Of a stretch of DNA of 17,339 nucleotides, positions 11,828 to 17,339 are shown in pieces; within the stretch, counting starts at the first letter, position 1; every line of letters begins with the position of its first letter. The position numbers and the translations under genes were made by a program. The stretch comes from Zygophlyctis sp. KS116. Taxonomy: Eukaryota > Fungi > Chytridiomycota. Under the pieces are notes generated by a model. The model saw only the letters and a program-made list of their open reading frames with translations. It did not search any database and was not told where the DNA came from. Location of the stretch: positions 1 through 17,339 of the forward strand of contig BAAFSQ010000213.1 in assembly GCA_054661495.1 (NCBI GenBank), written 5' to 3'.

Positions 11828-13110
11828 ATGAGAATCTTGTATGGCAAATATCCATTCTCTGCTGTAATTAAACATTGCTAAATAGTATATAGGAAGAAGA
11901 TGATGAGATCTCTTTTGTAGTCGGTGAAAGAATAGAGGTGATCAAGGATGATCAAGATTTTAATGATGGATGGTACTTTGGGGAAAATGAAAGAGGAGAA
12001 CAAGGACTGTTTCCGGTTAATTTTACTATTGATTATTCTGCTAGTAGTATCAAGGATTGGGATGTGTATCATGTCTGTAATTGGCTGGAAAATGTTTCTT
12101 GTGCAAGATGGACTAGAACTTTTCAAGATAATGAAATTTCTGGAGATGTGCTACTGGATTTGGGACTTGCAGGTCTAAGAGAACTAGGAATTGAACCACT
12201 CTCTCAAAGAATTGATTTGTACAGAAAAATTATGAGTTTAAGGCAAGTTTCATTAGATGTACAAGACAATCATTCAGATTATGCTGCAGATATCTTTGAT
12301 GATTATCAAGAAAGTATTTTAGAAGAATCTACATCTCAAGAAACTCATACTCCAAACATTTCTTTTAATTCTTCAGAGTTGGACTCACCTTCGACTCTAA
12401 TTGCAGAAAATTTTGATTCAGAAGTGGATTTAGTATATAAAGACTTTACACCAATTTTACAAGATTATCAAGACAGGACAAGTCAGGACTCATATAAAGG
12501 TAATTTAGAAAAAAAATTATTGGTCTTAGATGATCAAACTCTAAAGAATGATGAATTTGATTCTGGATATAATCCAAGAGAAGGTCTTTCCTCATCTATG
12601 GCTAAAAAATGGTCGCAATTAACAAAAGAATATGGTGAAAAGTTTAAGCTCAAGTTGGATTTGGATATACCAGATACTTCTCATGCAGAAATGGAAGATA
12701 CAATTTATGCCAAAATAGATCAAAAGAGTTGGAAAAAGAGATATGGAGCTTTGGTAGGTGGAATTCTTTACATTTTTAAAGAAGATTCGGTATTTTTTAT
12801 TTTTTAAGTAGATAGAAACGCTCTTTAGTTTATAAAATCAATTTGTCACAAGGATATAAAGTTACTCCGGATTCTGATAATGCAAAAATTCAATATTCGT
12901 TTAAACTCATACACCCTATTTCTGATTCTGTTTACTTGGCAGCTTCTTCTCAAGCATCAATGTTAAACTGGATAAACAAGTTGGTAAAATCTGGATTAGG
13001 TAGTTGAATTTTTTTAAATTCTAGAGAAAAGGAATCCAATGATTTTGTTGCCAATCAAGCAGGCAAAAGAAAAGCCTCTTCCCAACGTTCCAAGTTATGG
13101 ATTTTCTTGA
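11828..13110 (+). CDS. SH3-SAM-PH polarity scaffold protein, Boi1/Boi2/Pob1-like
   Basis: Exons 11828-11863, 11893-12789, 12816-12999, 13025-13110 with introns of 29, 26 and 25 nt give 400 aa. SH3: YPFSAEEDDEISF...DGWYFGEN...GLFPVNF. SAM: WDVYHVCNWL...NEISGDVLLDL...LRELGI. PH: SWKKRYGALVGGILYIFK...YSFKLIHP...YLAASSQASMLNWINKL. Confidence 0.88.
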
Positions 13111-13176
13111 GTTATATTTAGCTGTTTTTCATTTTCTAGTAAAATTCGAGGTTTGCGTCATTCTATCGGATTTATA

Positions 13177-14387
13177 ATGTCAAGATATTCTGTCCCTCCG
13201 CTCCATGATTTGACCGCTATTGATGCATGTGAGTTTTGTAGGTAATAATTCATAATTGAATCTAGTGGAAGATTCTCCATCTTCAAAAGGAAATTGCAAT
13301 GCTTCCATTGCGGCCACGGTAATCAACATACTTTTTGATGAGATAGTATTATGTCGGACATGTTTGGGCGAATCTCAAATATCAATGCCTCGATTGAATT
13401 ATCAAGAACCAAAGCCAATTTGCACTGGATGCTATCCATATTTTGTTAGTAAGAAACCCATTTGTGATTGTAGTGACAAGAATGTCTGAAACTCAGCTCA
13501 TGGAACTTCATATTAAACAATTAAAAGACTATTTGTCTTTATATCATGTTTCTAGTGTCGGTGTAGTCGAAAAAACTGATTTAGTCAATTTGATCAAAAA
13601 TACAAATCTCAATGAAGCAAATCAGGTTCATTTTAGATCAAAGATTAAAGAATTTTGCAAGAAATCATCATCTTCAGAAAACTTTTTAAGTGATATATTT
13701 TCTATACCTTTTTCTGGTCAATCAAGGTCTAATCCACCTCAGAGTAATTCTCAGCAAAATATGCCGAATGTGTTGCCGATATTTTTTCAAGAATTATTTT
13801 CAGCTCATCCATCGACTAGTGATAATCAATACCCTGGGTATGCAAGTCATTCTGGTAATACAGGTTATCCCAGCAATCCTCCACCAACCCAATCGCCACC
13901 ATTTAGAACACAGTCTAATCCTTCATCGACTCAATCTCATACAAAACCTGCAGCTCAATCCGCAACAATTCCTCAAAATGTTCCAACTGTACCTCTGATA
14001 ATAAAGGAAAATATAGATATTAAAACATTATCTTCAAAAACACTTAAAGCTATACTAAAAAAGTATAATGTAGACTCTTCTGGAATTTTGGAAAAATCTG
14101 AACTGGAAAATCGTGTTTCTACTTTGATCCAAAATATGAGATTAGAGGCATTACAAGCTAATGAAGACTTGATATGGTAAATCTAGAAAAATCTCAATTA
14201 TAGTAAAATATGCTGTGAAGAACCCATTAACTGTGTTTTACTCGAATGCGGACATTTTGTAACTTGTTTGGAATGTGCAAAAAAGATTCAATCTAGGTAT
14301 GTAAATCTAAAATTTAAATATAGCACTAATGAATGTCCTATTTGCAGATTTAGGATTTCCAGAGTTGTACATACTTTTAGAGCATAA
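13177..14387 (+). CDS. FYVE-like/RING E3 ubiquitin ligase, RNF34/RFFL (CARP)-like
   Basis: Exons 13177-13241, 13266-13318, 13347-13448, 13474-14176, 14204-14296, 14324-14387 with introns of 24, 28, 25, 27 and 27 nt give 359 aa. FYVE-like: CEFC...[21 protein letters not shown]...ICTGC. Two helical repeats: IKQLKDYL...VVEKTDLV and SKTLKAIL...[12 protein letters not shown]-terminal RING: [28 protein letters not shown]...[18 protein letters not shown]. Confidence 0.9.
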
Positions 14388-14389
14388 GA

Positions 14390-14808
14390 ATGGATCATAC
14401 CCTACTCCTCTTTATGAGTTCAGTTTTGAGTTTTAGAATCCATCCAGCATCGGTCAATGATTCTCTGGAAATAATATCATTTGAATGTATACATTCTGGA
14501 ATATGTAGAGAATGTGACAGATATGAGAGCGTATGATGATTATTAACTGATCCCTTTAGAGGAAATTTAGAGCCTGCGATGAAACAGGGGCAAAGATTGA
14601 TGCGTATTGTAAAGTTGTCCAAAATCCCCAAATGTCAGAAACAATTATTGCTAGTCTCCCCTTTACTTTTGATACATCGCCTCCCAATCATGTCTCGTGT
14701 GTACATTTGCCACCTCGGACGGAATTCTACAATCTGATTTTATTCCAACTCTCAAATCTGACTATATTGTTTGTCGCATTATGGGTATTTATTAAAAGAA
14801 GGAACTGA
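14390..14808 (+). CDS. Small Cys-rich single-pass membrane protein, JTB (jumping translocation breakpoint)-like
   Basis: Not in the ORF track. Exons 14390-14530 and 14560-14808 with a 29-nt intron (gtatgatgattattaactgatccctttag) give 129 aa. Signal-peptide-like MDHTLLLFMSSVLS, six Cys in FECIHSGICRECDRYESRKFRACDETGAKIDAYC...HVSC, then EFYNLILFQLSNLTILFVALWVFI (TM) and KRRN*. Confidence 0.8.
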
Positions 14809-14833
14809 TTTGATTATGAAATACATGATTTGT

Positions 14834-16014
14834 TCATAAAAAGTCTAGTTTAAGTAAAATTGGGAAATCTTACAGTCCATTACAGGTTTTTTACTTGGAA
14901 GACCTCTACAATCCTAAAAATCAACGATTAAACAGATTACCTGAGGAGCCGCTTCAAATATTTTGTAGTTTTTGTTCAAATGTTCGTCAAATTCAAGAAT
15001 AGCTGCCACATTTCCACATCTATAACAGTAATTTGGAGCAGACCAGACAGTAACAATAGTATCTTTAAACATTAATTTATAACCTTCCATAACTAATTGA
15101 TGTGCTCTTGCAATCAATTCAAGATTATTTGCGTGAATAAACTGTCATTTATAGATTTCTAAATTACAGCTTCCACTACATCACCACCAAATAAATATCC
15201 AGCTCCTCTTGGACTTAGACCCCATCCATTAATATCTTTCTTAAGTAATAAACAAGATACCATCAGGATCAGACCACAATAAATCACACATTGCACCATC
15301 ATGGGGAACTTCTTGCTTCCTATCAATTACTCGAATCTAGTAATAAAAAATCAGGAAAATAACCTGATCAAGACTGTTTATAGAAGGTGATAGGCCTCCA
15401 TGAACACAAAATACTTTATCATCAATGATTGCCGATAAGCTCATATAATCAAATATCTCACAACAATATCTCCATACATTTACAGATCCATATTTTCGAA
15501 GACATTCGTCATAAAACCCATAAACTTGAGTGATTTGTCTGGATTCATGATTTCCGCGAATTAGAGTAATCTTTGTTTAAAAAGAAATCAAATTACACGA
15601 TCAGGATATCTCACCTAAAATAAAAAAGATGTAGATACCTTTAAAGCCAAGAGTAGAAGAAAAGTCTCAACTGAATAGAACCCACGATCCACAAAATCCC
15701 CTATAGTTTAACATTTTTAGATCTTGTACCCATAAAGAGATAATTTGTATCGGGAGTTTTACCTCCTACTTTAAATAATTCCTTTAAATCATAAAACTGT
15801 CCATGAATATCTCCACAAATCTATTTGATTACAATCATAATATTACAGTGACCGGAGCGTCAACCTTTTGCACATTTGCTTCTTCAATAAGGATTTCTCT
15901 AGCTAAATGACACAACTCTTTGACTTGGGACTCTTTTATTATTTCACATCTGAACAATTGTTCAATTTGTCTAATCGTCAATAGCAATGCTTACTGATCT
16001 AGATCACTGCCCAT
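14834..16014 (-). CDS. PPH3: Serine/threonine protein phosphatase 4 catalytic subunit (PPP4C/Pph3)
   Basis: 11 exons: 16014-15995, 15970-15847, 15820-15730, 15700-15639, 15614-15597, 15570-15364, 15336-15261, 15235-15168, 15141-14941, 14913-14874, 14844-14834. Ten introns of 24-29 nt; 918-nt CDS, 305 aa. Motifs [60 protein letters not shown] and C-terminal DYFL*. Confidence 0.96.
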
Positions 16015-16022
16015 TGGAAAAT

Positions 16023-16757
16023 TTAGCTCAAACCTATGATCCCAAGTCCAATCAATGTTCCCATCCAAAATATGACTTTACTTTTCAATGATCCATGAGC
16101 TCCAAAATCAGGAACTCCAAAATAATTACAAATCCCATGTAAAATTATGACATTGAGTATTGATTTGGTCCTTAAAAAATACCACGTACTAAAAAGTCCG
16201 AATAGAAATGTATATGTAAACTGAAAGATGCAGACCATTATTGACTCTAATAATTTGAGATCGCCTCTAATATATCCAATAATACCATGATGAATATGTG
16301 AAAATCCAAAGATTGCGGATGGTAAAAGATAAACTTGAATTATTGAGTAATCATATCCAATGCAGAGTGTAATCATGTTGCCTCTAAATACTATTTCTTC
16401 AAATAATGGTCCAAATAGTAAATTACGAAGAGTTATTAGAGACAATGTCGGTAAAAGATCATGTCCCAAATAAATGTCTAGACTCAATTGTCCCAGAAAT
16501 ATACACGTACAAAATATGAGAGTAGAAAGAGTAGAGAGTAATTGTTCATACAGGGGATTAAATAGTCCCCAATCTTCAAATAAATTCTTATAGTAAAGAT
16601 ATGAAATCATGGTACAAAGGACAGTAGAGATTCCAACACTGATCAATCTATATACTATAACCGTTGGATTATTGCGATCGCCAGATCTAGTCAATGGTAT
16701 AATATATACTCCACAAACAAATATTATTCCCTGAATTAAACAGACTAGTCCAATCAT
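16023..16757 (-). CDS. RCE1: CAAX prenyl protease 2 (Rce1, Abi/CPBP intramembrane protease)
   Basis: Apparently intronless, 244 aa from the first ATG (16757; the track start at 16787 is a TTG). Multi-pass hydrophobic protein with RNLLFGPLFEEIVFR, IFGFSHIHH, FQFTYTFLFG and HGICNYFGVP motifs. Confidence 0.93.
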   Translation of the reverse strand: MIGLVCLIQGIIFVCGVYIIPLTRSGDRNNPTVIVYRLISVGISTVLCTMISYLYYKNLFEDWGLFNPLYEQLLSTLSTLIFCTCIFLGQLSLDIYLGHDLLPTLSLITLRNLLFGPLFEEIVFRGNMITLCIGYDYSIIQVYLLPSAIFGFSHIHHGIIGYIRGDLKLLESIMVCIFQFTYTFLFGLFSTWYFLRTKSILNVIILHGICNYFGVPDFGAHGSLKSKVIFWMGTLIGLGIIGLS

Positions 16758-16802
16758 GAATAGATTAAAAACCCTTTTTTTATTCAAATGTTCAGTATAG
16801 AA

Positions 16803-17339
16803 TTATTCTAAACTTGTAGAATTGCCATTATAACTTCTATTTGGTCTGATTTGAGTTTCATTCACAGGATCTGGTGATAATAAAGATTTTATCCGATTAA
16901 ATATTGATTTTAATCCATTAGAGATTAATCCTAGTAAAAAGGTAATCATTGATATTCCTCTAGAAATTAATCCTTGTTCTTCTTCTTCCCATTCTGCATA
17001 AAGAGTAACGCCAAAAACGTTTAATTCCTCCAAATTCTTACAGTAATCAGAATTTTCAAAAGTCTTTTTAGGAGTAGTAGTGGTTAAAACTAATTTCTTA
17101 TTCTTAGAATCAGTTTCTTTTAGAATCCACTGTTTGACAGACTCTAAAGTATCATTTTTCTTAAATTCTGAAAACATTACTTGTCCGTTTGGTAATCTAA
17201 TCTTGATTTTTTGTGAGATATTTCTTTGTTTTAAAGAGTCTTTAGTATCTTTAAGTTTTCTTATGTTGATTTTGATTGGAGTTGGGTCAATAGTCAAAGA
17301 CTTTATCTCTTCCTTCTTTAAAGTAGACTCTTGATTCTT
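16803..17339 (-). CDS. UBX-domain protein, UBXN4/erasin-like (5' part outside the window)
   Basis: The frame stays open to the window edge. UBX domain (IKIRLPNG...F...DTLESVKQWI...TTTPKKTF...LEELNV), then a hydrophobic segment (LISRGISMITFLLGLISNGL) and a C-terminal YNGNSTSLE* resembling the NGNST tail of UBXN4. Confidence 0.8.
   Translation of the reverse strand, partial: KNQESTLKKEEIKSLTIDPTPIKINIRKLKDTKDSLKQRNISQKIKIRLPNGQVMFSEFKKNDTLESVKQWILKETDSKNKKLVLTTTTPKKTFENSDYCKNLEELNVFGVTLYAEWEEEEQGLISRGISMITFLLGLISNGLKSIFNRIKSLLSPDPVNETQIRPNRSYNGNSTSLE

Noticed and set aside
14456-14810. Possible box C/D snoRNA or U3 in the apparent gap (ATGATGA at ~14533, several CTGA)
   Set aside because: ATGATGA and the nearest CTGA lie inside the 29-nt intron, too close for a snoRNA, and the region is fully explained by the JTB-like CDS.
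14380-16022. Spliced-leader trans-splicing acceptors explaining the tiny tandem gaps
   Set aside because: An AG precedes the JTB-like ATG, but the 8-bp spacer before PPH3 has none and there is no consistent acceptor or pyrimidine tract; unsupported from this window.
11878-17334. Track ORFs 11878-12126 (-), 11948-12178 (+), 13690-13998 (+), 14395-14631 (-), 17080-17334 (+)
   Set aside because: Antisense or alternate-frame overlaps of better-supported genes. 14395-14631 starts at TTG just after a stop and lies opposite the JTB-like gene.
1-17339. Alternative genetic code (stop-codon reassignment)
   Set aside because: TAA and TGA end genes at the expected family C-termini (DYFL*, HTFRA*, NGNSTSLE*), and internal stops, including TAG, occur only inside introns.

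Overview
AT-rich, extremely gene-dense eukaryotic nuclear DNA. It most likely comes from a flagellated (zoosporic, chytrid-like) fungus, inferred from an axonemal-type dynein heavy chain sitting next to a fungal Boi1/Pob1-type protein. The genetic code is standard (TAA and TGA act as stops). Manual splicing gives nine genes: a 3'-truncated DNAH1-like dynein heavy chain (-) with a degenerate AAA1 ATPase site, MZT1 (+), GYP1/TBC1D22 (-), a Boi1/Pob1-like SH3-SAM-PH protein (+), an RNF34/RFFL-like FYVE-RING ligase (+), a JTB-like small membrane protein absent from the ORF track (+), PP4 catalytic subunit (-), RCE1 (-) and a 5'-truncated UBXN4-like protein (-). All 27 introns I could reconstruct are GT-AG and only 24-29 nt long (mode 26). 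Intergenic gaps shrink to 2, 8, 25, 45 and 66 bp, and one convergent pair overlaps at its stop codons. Family assignments rest on recalled motifs, not database searches.
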